From assembly GCA_041602695.1 (NCBI GenBank), contig JBFIFS010000004.1:4240-68239 (forward strand): a stretch of 64,000 bases of DNA, in the 5' to 3' direction. Shown one piece after another: positions 1-10,039 of this stretch. The notes under the pieces were generated by a model. That model saw nothing but the letters and a program-made list of their open reading frames with translations, was not told the DNA's origin and ran no database searches. This DNA is from Kiritimatiellia bacterium. Lineage in GTDB: Bacteria > Verrucomicrobiota > Kiritimatiellia > UBA8416 > JBFIFS01. How positions within the stretch are numbered: the first letter of the stretch is position 1; each line of letters begins with the position of its first letter. The translations under genes and the position numbers were made by a program.

Positions 1-252
1 GGCCCAAAAACCAAGGATCCAACGCTGACTAAACGGCTGACCAAAGAGCAGTGCCTTGAACTGTACAAGGATGCCGTTCGCATGGGCTTCTTCGAACTGA
101 ACAACCGGTATACTGACGAGAAGGTTAGCGGCGGTTACGGTGTCACCATGTCCATCACAGCTGACGGGAAGACCCAGACGGTCAAAGCCATCAACGTGCA
201 GGTCGCGGAAATCACCGCGCTCATTACAAAGCTACAGAAGCTGATGAAATAG
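1..252 (+). CDS. C-terminal fragment of an unrecognised protein (gene begins upstream of the window)
   Basis: Frame +1 is open from base 1 to TAG at 250-252 (...VQVAEITALITKLQKLMK*). It is absent from the ORF track because it has no in-window start. No family recognised. Confidence 0.4.
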   Translation, partial: GPKTKDPTLTKRLTKEQCLELYKDAVRMGFFELNNRYTDEKVSGGYGVTMSITADGKTQTVKAINVQVAEITALITKLQKLMK

Positions 253-380
253 AAACGGCGCAGGAACCGACGTGCTTCACGCCACGCCTCGGCATCATCC
301 GCTGAAAGCATTTTCGAAGCAGTTGACGGGAACCTGCCATCCCCCCCCTGCACGTCTTATCTCTTGCCATCAGGGGCACC

Positions 381-2390
381 GTGGCTAGACTATACGCACG
401 CAAGCATCTACAGCGGAGGCATTTGTTGGGAAAACTGATTCTGGCAGCACTGATATGTGCCGTTCTCATGCTCGGCATTTGGATCGCAACGATCTGGAAC
501 AACTTCGCGTTCCACAATGGGTTGATTGCGGACGATTACCTGATGCCTGTGTCGACTTTCGCTCTGCTTATTATCGTCCTCATCATCAACCCCGTCCTGA
601 AGCGGCACTTCCCCCGACTGAGTTTTTCACGCCGGGGTCTTTGCGTAATCTGTGGTGTTCTTTTCATGGCAGCCATGCCGCCAAGCGCGGGAATACTGCG
701 CCAGCTGGTCTTCCCGCTCGGTGATTCCGTCCATCGTGCCAACAACGATCCTGCTGTCGCTGGGGCCTACGAGAAACTCGCCCCAAGGCCCGCACTTTAT
801 CCCGACACCCTTGAATATGAGGCGGAGATCCCTGTCATCGAGCCTTTCGTGGACGAGCTTGACGATGGCGAGAAAATCCCCTGGAAAGCCTGGATAAAGC
901 CCATCTCAGCCTGGTCAGGCATCGTGCTTCCCTGGTTCGCAATGATGGTTGCGCTAGCGGCAATTCTCACGAGTTACTGGCAGAACAAAGAGAGGGTCCA
1001 GTTCCCCCTTCTCACCATATTCCGCCCAATAATTGATGTACCTGAGGTCGGCCCACGGCGAACGCCGCTGATATTCAGGGACAAGATATTCTGGGCGGGA
1101 TGCGCCGTCGTATTCCTGCTCCACGCAATGGCTCAGGCAAAGCAGTATTTTCCCACGCGAATTCCGGCAATCCCGCTCGGCTGGCAACTCTGGAAATACT
1201 ATTCGGAAGATCCATGGCGCTATCTCCCCTGGTTCTTCAAGCGCGGACAGCTTTTCTTCACTTTCATGGCGGTGGCTTTCTTCCTGCCGAACAGAACCAG
1301 TCTTTCAATCTGGCTGGTCCAGGTAATCACCGCCTTCTACATTATGACTGGAAGGGCCTACTTTCCGCCATTTGAGGGGCATGTGATCGGGGACGCCCGT
1401 ACCGGAGCAGCCATGGCTTTTTCGCTTGTCGTAGTCTGGCTGGCACGCCACCACCTTCTTCATGTGGCGCGATGCATGGTAAGGCCCGTGTCATCACCAG
1501 GTGACCGCGCATACAGAATCGCGGGATGGGCCTTCGTTCTCAGCTGCGTTGCGATGTTCTCCTGGTTCCTGTGGGTCCGTGTACCCGCGGGCTACGCTGC
1601 CGTCTTTGTGATCGCAGCCGTTTTGTCAGCCCTAGTCCTGATGAGGGTGGTCGCCGAAACGGGCCTGCCGCTGTTCTTCATGTCGACCCCCACGTTTATC
1701 AACTTCCTCAAGATGATACCTGTAGGACTGCGTTCCCTGTCGGCATCCTACTTTGGCGGAATTTTTTCCGTATGGCTTGGATCAGGCCAGCGCCTATGCG
1801 TCGGTGCGGCTGCAATACAGGCAATGGCACTGGACAAGGATGATGACGCGCCGCGCCATGTCAGGAAGGCAGGCCTGTTCATGCTGGTCCTCGGCGTATC
1901 GCTCGTCTGTGCCTGGCTCCTGATCCTTTTCATGGCCTACAACAACAGTGAGACTCCGGACGGACGGCCAATCGCCTGGTGGGGACGCCAGCAGTTCAAG
2001 CCTGCAGAAAACCTGCTTGTTGACACTGTCACTGGCGTCAGGGGCCTGCCCTTCCTCGAACATCTTCCCGGACTGATCGTCGGCGCGTCGCTAGTGGTCC
2101 TCCTCTACGGGCTCTGCCATACGGTCCCATGGTGGCCGGTGCATCCTGTAGGACTGGTCGGCACAGGAACATGGTGCGTTTCCCAGATCTGGCCAAATGT
2201 CTTCTTCGGCTGGCTCATAAAGAACGCCCTGCTCAAGTACGGCGGATCGCGCGCTTACACAGCCGCAAAACCCTTCTTCATAGGGGCGGTAATAGGAGAG
2301 CTCTTCGCCCTCTTCCTCTGGACAGGTATCGCCCTGGCCCTCGCCGCCAACGGACTGGAGTACCGCTCGGTGACAATCCTGCCCTATTGA
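381..2390 (+). CDS. polytopic integral membrane protein of unknown function (669 aa)
   Basis: Long ORF with a GTG start and at least 12 helix-length hydrophobic segments with aromatic-rich loops. I can name no transporter signature. The next gene follows after 38 nt. Confidence 0.7.
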   Translation: MARLYARKHLQRRHLLGKLILAALICAVLMLGIWIATIWNNFAFHNGLIADDYLMPVSTFALLIIVLIINPVLKRHFPRLSFSRRGLCVICGVLFMAAMPPSAGILRQLVFPLGDSVHRANNDPAVAGAYEKLAPRPALYPDTLEYEAEIPVIEPFVDELDDGEKIPWKAWIKPISAWSGIVLPWFAMMVALAAILTSYWQNKERVQFPLLTIFRPIIDVPEVGPRRTPLIFRDKIFWAGCAVVFLLHAMAQAKQYFPTRIPAIPLGWQLWKYYSEDPWRYLPWFFKRGQLFFTFMAVAFFLPNRTSLSIWLVQVITAFYIMTGRAYFPPFEGHVIGDARTGAAMAFSLVVVWLARHHLLHVARCMVRPVSSPGDRAYRIAGWAFVLSCVAMFSWFLWVRVPAGYAAVFVIAAVLSALVLMRVVAETGLPLFFMSTPTFINFLKMIPVGLRSLSASYFGGIFSVWLGSGQRLCVGAAAIQAMALDKDDDAPRHVRKAGLFMLVLGVSLVCAWLLILFMAYNNSETPDGRPIAWWGRQQFKPAENLLVDTVTGVRGLPFLEHLPGLIVGASLVVLLYGLCHTVPWWPVHPVGLVGTGTWCVSQIWPNVFFGWLIKNALLKYGGSRAYTAAKPFFIGAVIGELFALFLWTGIALALAANGLEYRSVTILPY

Positions 2391-2428
2391 GGCGCGACAG
2401 CTGGATTCTTACTGTAATCACACAGCTT

Positions 2429-4015
2429 ATGCGTTATTCTGTGCTCACAATGAAGAAAGATACCGCTATACAAAGAGGACACCTCGGCGGCTATACCAGG
2501 GTTGGTATTGTCAACCGGGAGGACGCCGAATTTAACGCCGGCTACTCCTGCTACTCCGCCGCATGGCCGCTTCTGCGAGAATATCCCGGGCACAAGTTCC
2601 AGTCCGGACTATTCGGAACATGGATGTTTGCCCATCTTGATCCACCTCCTGAAAAGAGGCTTTATTCAGACATAGAGGGAGGACTGGGCTGGTGGAGGGA
2701 CACTGAGTACCCAACAGAGACGCCCAAATTCATCATGGGCGGCGTCGCCCTCGACTTCAGCGAATGGGCAAACGGGCCAGGCGCCGGCAAAGGCCGCGAC
2801 TGGGGCGACCCCAAAGGCAACTACGCCGTCGCACAGCTCAGCCCTTATGTCCTGTGGCCGCCTGACGGCCTTAACCTTAAACAGGGCACGTGCGGCGAGC
2901 TTCTGGGATACGGCTACATTCCCCTCCCCTTGACGGACAGAAAATCAACGACTGCCGGAGTTGAAGTTCCGACCGGAGACCACTCCTGGACGCTTTTCCT
3001 GAATGCCGCCAACTTCAAGGGGCCCGTCACCTTCTTTACTCCATATTTCTGGTCAAAGATCACGGCAGAGAAGCCTGAGCTGGGCGGCATGTTTCTCGAC
3101 AGCAAGCCGTCCCAGCACAGGCGCCACTTCTCGATGGAGACACAGCACCTGCCGTGGGCACAGGCGGCCGATTCGGCAGGAAACATTTTCGGGCGGCTCG
3201 CGCCAACTCTGTTTCCGAGCTGTGACGGGGCGGATTCATCACCACTGCACCTGGTAACATCATACAGCAAAGCCGCAATGTGGGAGCGGGTAAAGGCCTG
3301 GTTTGAAGGCGGCCCCGTGCCCGCAACCACCCTGGACCCCGCAGCGGCGCACGTCCACAGCTTTGAGCCCAAAGGCGGCCCTGGCTTCCGCATTTGGCTC
3401 GATGGTGATCCGAACGAGCAGCCCCCGGAAGTCATTGTCGACAACTTCATGAAGCCCGCCGTCATTGATCAACACACGTTCTGCTTCGAATGGGACAGGG
3501 ATTCTGTCGCGAGAGAGACAGGGAAGCCACTCATAGTCATGCCTGAATACTACAGGATGATCCAGGACGGGGACGGCAGGGCCCGCTGGACAGCTGTACC
3601 GATGGAATCTGTCCCCGAGGAAACAGGGCTGGCCAGCGTGTCTTTCAGCCGACCCGAAGAGCCCCCGCCCCAGACCTATATCACACCTGAGGAGCCTGAC
3701 AGCTGCTGGAAGAAGCCGGGGCCCGTTGCCGGCCCCTTCAAGGCTCATCCGGGGGATGGCAGCACTGTGACCTATTACTGGTATCGCTTCGCTGATCAGC
3801 CGGCCATGCTCAATGCGGACATGACTGACGCGGAGAGGGAAACTGTCCAGCAGCGCGTGGAAAAGATTCATGCTCACTGGGGCAAAGACAGTGAATACCT
3901 GCCGCCTCCTGAAGCAGGCACGCTCGCTGAGATCGATCCCGCGCTGCTTGTGACCCCGCCGAAAGGTTTGGAAATCGGGCACGTACCGATCGTCACCCGG
4001 CAGGGGCTAGAGTAA
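2429..4015 (+). CDS. large soluble hypothetical protein (~528 aa), no recognisable family
   Basis: ORF 2129-4015 trimmed to the first ATG after the upstream stop (alternative ATG at 2450). No signal peptide or TM segment. W/P/G-rich with a coding-like composition. Confidence 0.65.
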   Translation: MRYSVLTMKKDTAIQRGHLGGYTRVGIVNREDAEFNAGYSCYSAAWPLLREYPGHKFQSGLFGTWMFAHLDPPPEKRLYSDIEGGLGWWRDTEYPTETPKFIMGGVALDFSEWANGPGAGKGRDWGDPKGNYAVAQLSPYVLWPPDGLNLKQGTCGELLGYGYIPLPLTDRKSTTAGVEVPTGDHSWTLFLNAANFKGPVTFFTPYFWSKITAEKPELGGMFLDSKPSQHRRHFSMETQHLPWAQAADSAGNIFGRLAPTLFPSCDGADSSPLHLVTSYSKAAMWERVKAWFEGGPVPATTLDPAAAHVHSFEPKGGPGFRIWLDGDPNEQPPEVIVDNFMKPAVIDQHTFCFEWDRDSVARETGKPLIVMPEYYRMIQDGDGRARWTAVPMESVPEETGLASVSFSRPEEPPPQTYITPEEPDSCWKKPGPVAGPFKAHPGDGSTVTYYWYRFADQPAMLNADMTDAERETVQQRVEKIHAHWGKDSEYLPPPEAGTLAEIDPALLVTPPKGLEIGHVPIVTRQGLE

Positions 4016-4019
4016 TTTT

Positions 4020-4742
4020 ATGGATTCTACTGAGCAGAAGTACGGCTTTCACCCAGCGAACACGCTGGTCGCACCTCACGCGCCACCCTCGGAAGATATC
4101 AAGCGGAAAGCTATCTCCCTTGGGGCTGACCTGGTGGGCATCTGTGAGATCAACCCAGAATTGATGATTTCTGAAGCCGCCGTAACAAACCGGGGCGACG
4201 GGATAGCTTTCAGCCATGTTATCTCCCTCGGGATATACATGGATCGTGATGCGTTCAGGGAATCGCCCTCGCAGGCGATAAGGAGCGCAACGCGCGAGGG
4301 TTATCGCAGAATGAAGGAGACGGCGTCCGCGCTGGCGGACCACATTGCCTCCCTGGGGCACAATGCTTTCTCCACCGGCAACGGCGAGGCGGACAGCGTG
4401 GCCCTGGCGGTTATGGCCAATATGGGAAAACTGGGACGCAACGGCATGCTGCTTGCCCAGCAGAACGGCCCCTGCCTAAGGCTATGCAAGGTCTTCACGG
4501 ACATGCCCCTTGAGGTCACGCCCACCCCCACGGATGTTCTCGATCCGCGCTGCGAATCATGCGCCATCTGCAGCGAGGCATGCCCCGCTCAAGCCATTGA
4601 GTCGGGCGCCGCTCCTGCAGGAGAGCGATGGCAGATCGATACAAAGCGCTGCAGGAAGCATTGGAACTCCGCCCAGCAGGGATGCGCCGCCTGCATCAGT
4701 TCCTGTCCTGCGACGTGGCAGGCAGGCAGCACTGACCGGTGA
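4020..4742 (+). CDS. 2x[4Fe-4S] protein of the epoxyqueuosine-reductase (QueG) / reductive-dehalogenase-like superfamily
   Basis: Cys clusters CESCAICSEACP and CRKHW..QQGCAACISSCP, plus the core GKLGRNGMLL...VFTDMPL typical of QueG/RdhA-like proteins. Starts 4 nt after the previous stop. Confidence 0.7.
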   Translation: MDSTEQKYGFHPANTLVAPHAPPSEDIKRKAISLGADLVGICEINPELMISEAAVTNRGDGIAFSHVISLGIYMDRDAFRESPSQAIRSATREGYRRMKETASALADHIASLGHNAFSTGNGEADSVALAVMANMGKLGRNGMLLAQQNGPCLRLCKVFTDMPLEVTPTPTDVLDPRCESCAICSEACPAQAIESGAAPAGERWQIDTKRCRKHWNSAQQGCAACISSCPATWQAGSTDR

Positions 4743-4767
4743 ACGCCAACGCGCTGCAGCGGCTGGA

Positions 4768-5862
4768 CTACTGAGCCGATGCCGCGCAGTTCGGCAGCCC
4801 CTCGCGTTCGATCCGCTTGCCCACGGCGCGAAGCAGTGATACTGCCTGATCCGGAAAAGATCCGTCCGGCATGGGCCCGACGTTCGCAAGCAGATTACAG
4901 TTATTTCCCCGCGCGTAGGCAAGGCTTGACCACAGTTCCTCTTCACTCCTGAACGGCGCTCCTTCCCTATAGCCCCAGCTCCCCTCCTGGAGGGTCATGC
5001 AGATCTCGTTATGCTTAACGCGGTTCTTTTCCCAGGCAGCATCGGCGATGAGCGCCGCATCCTCCCGGCCCGCCTTGCGCAGGCTCTCTCCCTGCGATGC
5101 AAAATGGAACTCAGGGGAAGCAAAGTCCTCAGTACCTGTGGCTCCCTGCTTGAACGATATCAGCGCCTCGGGGCGCGTCGAGCGGATCAGTTCATAGGTC
5201 TCCTCAATCGGAACAAGATCAGGAATAAGATAATACGCCTTGATGATATCCAGCCATATACCCGCGAGGGGCAGCTCAAGCTCACACAGCTCCTTTATAC
5301 AGGCCTGAGCATAGTCCCAATATATCCGCCATTCCTCTGGCCGGGTCAGAACGTAGCGAGGGTCGCCGTCCGGATAGTCAGGCCTTCCGCACGTCCACAA
5401 GTCCCTTGAAAGCGCGTAAGGATGGCGCCAATTCAGAACATGCGTGTAATAGGTGAAAAAGCCGAGGCCCTTCCTGTCACACTGCTCCGCAAGCTCCCGC
5501 ACCAGGTCCCGCCCCGCATGTGTCATAGAATTGAAGGGCTCGGCAGTGCTGTCCCAGAGGCAGAAACCCTCGTGGTGACAGGCGGTGATGTTGACGTATT
5601 TCATGCCGGCTTCGCAGGCAAGGTCTGTTATGAAGTCGGCATCGTACTTCGCGGGTTCGAAGGTCTCGGCCAGCTTCTCGTACTCCGCCACGGGAATGCG
5701 CTCCCGCATCATCACCCACTCGTGTGACTTAAGCTGGCTGTATAGGCCGTAGTGTATGAAGAGACCATATGCAGCATGGGCAAACCATTCCCGGTTCGCT
5801 CTGCGCGGATCAGCCTTCCATGTCTCAGCGAAATCTGTCAAGTATGCCGGACAGTCCATCAT
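4768..5862 (-). CDS. alpha-L-fucosidase, GH29 catalytic domain
   Basis: YGLFIHYGLYS and HHEGFCLWDS motifs typical of GH29. Start moved to ATGATG at 5862 behind an AGGAGAGG RBS. No signal peptide. Confidence 0.85.
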   Translation of the reverse strand: MMDCPAYLTDFAETWKADPRRANREWFAHAAYGLFIHYGLYSQLKSHEWVMMRERIPVAEYEKLAETFEPAKYDADFITDLACEAGMKYVNITACHHEGFCLWDSTAEPFNSMTHAGRDLVRELAEQCDRKGLGFFTYYTHVLNWRHPYALSRDLWTCGRPDYPDGDPRYVLTRPEEWRIYWDYAQACIKELCELELPLAGIWLDIIKAYYLIPDLVPIEETYELIRSTRPEALISFKQGATGTEDFASPEFHFASQGESLRKAGREDAALIADAAWEKNRVKHNEICMTLQEGSWGYREGAPFRSEEELWSSLAYARGNNCNLLANVGPMPDGSFPDQAVSLLRAVGKRIEREGLPNCAASAQ

Positions 5863-5969
5863 AAACCTCTCCTGAATTGCCGCCCTCTGGCAAACGGCAG
5901 GATGTATCTTGAATCCTCCCAAGCAAGTTTATAATATCGGCATTTCACAGAATCGCAAGAGGGAGCACC

Positions 5970-7319
5970 ATGCCAAACACCGCAGACAACTTCGAGTATC
6001 ACGACCTTCCGGCTGATAAGATGAAAACCCAAACCCGGGGAAAAGGCTGCGGGCTGGGCTGCATGGGTTGCCTCGCGTTCGCTATAGCGGTTCCGGTACT
6101 GCTGATCTTGCTGGGCTATTCCATAATCTTCCACTCATCGGCACCGCTGAAATGGGTCGCCGGCGCTATTACTGAGGATGAACCGTCCTTCCTGATCCAG
6201 GGGATCCGCGGCTCTATTTCCAAGGGCTTTTCGGTAAAACTTATCGAGTTCAAGGTTCAGAATGACGGCGAGAATGAACAAGACATCGAGGCCTCCCGGA
6301 TTGAGGGGCTGACCTTTAAATATGGCGGGCTGTGGAAATCCATCCGTAAGGAAGAGCTGGTAGTCAGGGAGCTTTCCGCTGAGCGCATGGATATCGTCTT
6401 TCCCAACGGCTATTTCACCCAGCTAAAGGATCGAGGCGATGCGGGCGATGACTTGGACGAGAGCGAATCTGAAATCGAGATAACCGATGCCGCCTCAACG
6501 AATGATTCGCTGCAGCGATTCCAGATCAATGAGCTTGAATTCGCCAACAACCGATTCAGGACACCTGACGGCAAGACCGATATTCAGGTGCCACTCTTCC
6601 GGATCAAGGGGCTCAAGATCGAGGGTGACGACTTCGACCTGGAGGACCTGAAGCTGGAGAGCAACTGCCTCAGCCTTGAACTTCTCGACGCCGGGCCGGA
6701 CCAGGTCGAGGGACACACAATCCCCTACAAGCGCAAGATCGTCGGAAAGGTTCTGCCCAATATACATGAGGTCGTGATTTCAACTATCGACTTTGAAGTT
6801 GAACTGGCCTCTATTGACGGCAAATCGAAAAGCCGCACGAGGGCATTTGGCGGGGCCTTTTTCCAGGCCTCCCTGCCCGGCGACAGCGGCATCGTCCGGT
6901 TCCGCGACTTTACCATCTCGGATTATCTGGACTGCGAAGGCCAAATAATTCCGGAACGCCTGAATCTCGACGCGAGCCAAACCAAGAACACGCTCGACGT
7001 GGAGAACGGCGAGTTTTACCTGGGAAGAACCCAATTCAAGATCCCAGCGCAGCAAATTGACACAAAGGACGAGGCGTCTACAATTCTTGGCGTGGCGACT
7101 GTCGGCGGAGAACCCTTAAGCCTGCTGCTGAAGCCGAACCATGATCAGAACTGGCCGCCATTCATAGTCACTCTTGAAACCCAGGGCTCCGCAACAAAAA
7201 AAGACCTCATCGCAGGCATATACTTCGCGCGCTCCTACGCGGAGCTGACAAAGGATGAAAAGTCCCGCGTAGATGAACTGGCAGAGAGCGCCGGAATCCA
7301 GACGCCTGGACGGGAGTAG
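5970..7319 (+). CDS. membrane-anchored hypothetical protein (449 aa)
   Basis: Short cytoplasmic tail, one TM (CLAFAIAVPVLLILLGYSIIF), then a ~380 aa acidic beta-rich region. No family recognised. Confidence 0.6.
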   Translation: MPNTADNFEYHDLPADKMKTQTRGKGCGLGCMGCLAFAIAVPVLLILLGYSIIFHSSAPLKWVAGAITEDEPSFLIQGIRGSISKGFSVKLIEFKVQNDGENEQDIEASRIEGLTFKYGGLWKSIRKEELVVRELSAERMDIVFPNGYFTQLKDRGDAGDDLDESESEIEITDAASTNDSLQRFQINELEFANNRFRTPDGKTDIQVPLFRIKGLKIEGDDFDLEDLKLESNCLSLELLDAGPDQVEGHTIPYKRKIVGKVLPNIHEVVISTIDFEVELASIDGKSKSRTRAFGGAFFQASLPGDSGIVRFRDFTISDYLDCEGQIIPERLNLDASQTKNTLDVENGEFYLGRTQFKIPAQQIDTKDEASTILGVATVGGEPLSLLLKPNHDQNWPPFIVTLETQGSATKKDLIAGIYFARSYAELTKDEKSRVDELAESAGIQTPGRE

Positions 7320-7331
7320 AAACGCCCAGGC

Positions 7332-8381
7332 CTAGGCATCAAGAACGTCAAGGATTTGGGAGATAGATAGCGTTGCCGCACAAACAGCCGTATCGGCTGC
7401 GCCATAGTAAACCGTGACCTCGTCACCGCGGACAATCTGGCCGTTCGAGAAAACGACATTGCCGAAGAAGCCTTCTTTTTCGTACTTGGCCGTTGGTTCC
7501 ATAATAGGTTCGTCAGATCTTGCAATTACGCGCGTGGGATCTTCCCCGTCCAGAAGCATGGCGCCAAGGCAATAGCGGGTGTTTTCATCAGCCCCGTGGT
7601 ATATCGCAAGCCAGCCTTTTTCAGTACGGATCGGCGCGGCGCCGGCACCCATCCTCTGCGAATCCCACATCCCCGGCCGCGTCTTGGCTACGCATGTGTG
7701 GCTGCCCCAGTGCCGAAGGTCCGGCGAAGTCGCGTACCACATGAAGTGCCCGCCCACATCCGCGCCTGACGGCCTGTGAAAACAGGCGTACTCGCCATTG
7801 ATCTTCTCCTCAAGGATCGCGCCGTCCTTGTTGTGCGGCGGAATAATCATTCCGTAATCTTCATATGACTTCCAGTCACGGGTCTTTCGCAGCCCCACCC
7901 CGACCCCATTGTCAGACACGGCTGAATAGGTCAGCAAATATTCACCATCAACCTTGGCCACCCTTACGTCCTCAATACCGAACTCCTCGAGAATCCCCCG
8001 CCCGTTCAGTGTCTGGCAGCCTTCCATCGTGAAGTTGATGCCGTCATCGCTGACTGCCATCTGAAGATGCGAAAGAGTCGTGAGGTTGCAGCGCCCGTCA
8101 TAGTAGATAAACCGCGGATCGGACACGTCCAGCTTGGGATCATTGAGGTCCCACTTTACAACTCGCACGCCTGACGGCTGAGATTCATCGGCAACCAGCG
8201 TGGATACATATCCTTCTTCCTGGGTAAGCCTCTCAGCTACCCGAATCAGCAGGTAGCATCTGTCTTCATACATGAACGCGCCGGGATTGAAGGCGCACTC
8301 GACCACCGCGCCCTCAATGCTGGGCTTAATGTCCGCGGGTGTTATCAGCGGGTTGGCATCAAAACGTCTGGCAATATCCAC
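7332..8381 (-). CDS. GH130-family glycoside phosphorylase/hydrolase (beta-mannoside phosphorylase-like)
   Basis: The N-terminus (ANPLITPADIKPS..FNPGA) and overall pattern resemble GH130 (former DUF377) enzymes. No signal peptide. Confidence 0.7.
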   Translation of the reverse strand: MDIARRFDANPLITPADIKPSIEGAVVECAFNPGAFMYEDRCYLLIRVAERLTQEEGYVSTLVADESQPSGVRVVKWDLNDPKLDVSDPRFIYYDGRCNLTTLSHLQMAVSDDGINFTMEGCQTLNGRGILEEFGIEDVRVAKVDGEYLLTYSAVSDNGVGVGLRKTRDWKSYEDYGMIIPPHNKDGAILEEKINGEYACFHRPSGADVGGHFMWYATSPDLRHWGSHTCVAKTRPGMWDSQRMGAGAAPIRTEKGWLAIYHGADENTRYCLGAMLLDGEDPTRVIARSDEPIMEPTAKYEKEGFFGNVVFSNGQIVRGDEVTVYYGAADTAVCAATLSISQILDVLDA

Positions 8382-8404
8382 TGGGCATTCCTCCTGGGAT
8401 CAGA

Positions 8405-9247
8405 TCAATAGTAGCCGTCCGGCTCCCACTCCCTGGCAAGGAAACCGCATTCAAGGGCCTTGAGGGCCGTCATGTCTTCATCGCTTAGCGCGAAGTCAAA
8501 TACGTCGGCATTCTGCTGTATTCGCGAGGGGGTCTGCGATTTCGGCAGCGCCACAATTCCCTGCTGAAGGAGAAACCGGATCATGACCTGCGCAACGGTC
8601 TTGCCATGCCTGGAAGCAGCGTCCTGCAGGGCCTGGCCAGGATCCGACAGCTTCTTGACCTGCGCAAGCGGAGAATATGCCTCCATGACAATGCCTTTCT
8701 CCCTGCAGTATTCTACGAGGTCTCGCTGCTGGTTGTAGACATGCAGTTCCATCTGGTTGATCGCCGGGACAACGTCACTGTTCTTGAAAATAACCTCGTC
8801 AAAGCGCCTGACGGAGATGTTGCTGACGCCAATAGAGCGGCAGAGCCCCTCTTCCTTCAGCTTGATGAGCGTCTCCCATGCTTCCGGAAGCGTTGTGTCA
8901 TCCAGCGGCCAGTGTATCAGGAACAGGTCGACATAGTCGGTCTTCAGTCTTTCGAGACTGCCTGAAAACACCTCTCTTATCTTGGCCTCGCTGTGATCGA
9001 AGGCGCTTTTCGTAGTGAGGAATATATCTTCACGGGGAATCCCTGATGATTGAATCGCGTTTCCTACCTGTTCTTCGTTGTTGTAAACAAACGCAGTATC
9101 AATGTGTCTATAGCCCGTCTCAAGTGCCGCCTGTACGGCCTCCTCGCATACAGCCGGGTCATCGAGCTGGAATACACCAAACCCCAGCAGAGGGATCGTG
9201 TTCCCGTCATTCATAGTCGCCGTTGAATTAATTGTCAGTTCACTCAT
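8405..9247 (-). CDS. aldo/keto reductase (2,5-diketo-D-gluconate reductase-like)
   Basis: GFGVFQL, GYRHIDTAFVYNNE and LFLIHWP motifs of the AKR superfamily; 280 aa. Confidence 0.9.
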   Translation of the reverse strand: MSELTINSTATMNDGNTIPLLGFGVFQLDDPAVCEEAVQAALETGYRHIDTAFVYNNEEQVGNAIQSSGIPREDIFLTTKSAFDHSEAKIREVFSGSLERLKTDYVDLFLIHWPLDDTTLPEAWETLIKLKEEGLCRSIGVSNISVRRFDEVIFKNSDVVPAINQMELHVYNQQRDLVEYCREKGIVMEAYSPLAQVKKLSDPGQALQDAASRHGKTVAQVMIRFLLQQGIVALPKSQTPSRIQQNADVFDFALSDEDMTALKALECGFLAREWEPDGYY

Positions 9248-9376
9248 CAGTCTCTCCTGCTTACGTTCAAAAATACCCAGCGCTTATAGCAGAAACTTTT
9301 GATTCACGCCAGCGATTATGCCGAAATGCCGCCGCCAACGGAAGGTTGACAGTTCAGCGCAATTGCTTACTGTTTC

Positions 9377-10039
9377 GTGACTATGGACAATTGCAGTGAA
9401 GCAGAGCGGGTGTTCAGTGACTGGGCCCTTGATGACAGAGCCGAGCGGATGTGGAGAAACCACCTCCCGCGCGTCGAACAGATATGGCCGCGCATCCCCG
9501 TCTCCAGTGGAAACTACCTTGAAGTAGGCTGCGGCGCGGGACGCTGTCTCCGCCACATTGCCGAAAACCAGTTCCGAGCCGGCCGCTGCACGGGTATCGA
9601 TGTAAGCGAAGCGATGGTTGAACTGGCGAGGAAGAACAATGCAGGGGTGCATAACGTAAGTGTTGAGAAAGCCGACTTCCTGAGCTGGAAGCCGCCAGAC
9701 GGCACGCACTTTGACGCCATATTCTCCATGGAAGTCTTCTACTACTTCACCAGCATCGAGGCCGGGATCAGCCGTGCGGCGTCGATGCTGGGGCCGGGAG
9801 GACGCTTGTTCGTTCTTGTAGACCTCTACAAAGAAAACCGGGACAGCCACGATTGGTCGGAAAAGCTGGGAATACCCATGCAGATGTGGTCGAAAAGCCA
9901 GTATATCGAGGGTTTTAACAGCGCCGGACTTACAGATATTAACCAGGTGCTGCTGCACGATCCCAACGGCGACCCGCAGGTCGACGCCCCCACGCTTTGC
10001 ACATATGGCGCAAAGAAGGATGCTGTTCTGCAAACATGA
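9377..10039 (+). CDS. class I SAM-dependent methyltransferase
   Basis: Motif I YLEVGCGAGRCL; ~220 aa Rossmann-type pattern. Confidence 0.8.
   Translation: MTMDNCSEAERVFSDWALDDRAERMWRNHLPRVEQIWPRIPVSSGNYLEVGCGAGRCLRHIAENQFRAGRCTGIDVSEAMVELARKNNAGVHNVSVEKADFLSWKPPDGTHFDAIFSMEVFYYFTSIEAGISRAASMLGPGGRLFVLVDLYKENRDSHDWSEKLGIPMQMWSKSQYIEGFNSAGLTDINQVLLHDPNGDPQVDAPTLCTYGAKKDAVLQT

Noticed and set aside
2129-2428. 5' extension of the 628-aa ORF overlapping the end of the membrane-protein gene by 260 nt
   Set aside because: The extension is Arg/Pro-rich and lies in an alternative frame of a convincing TM-protein CDS. The start was moved to the first ATG after the upstream stop.
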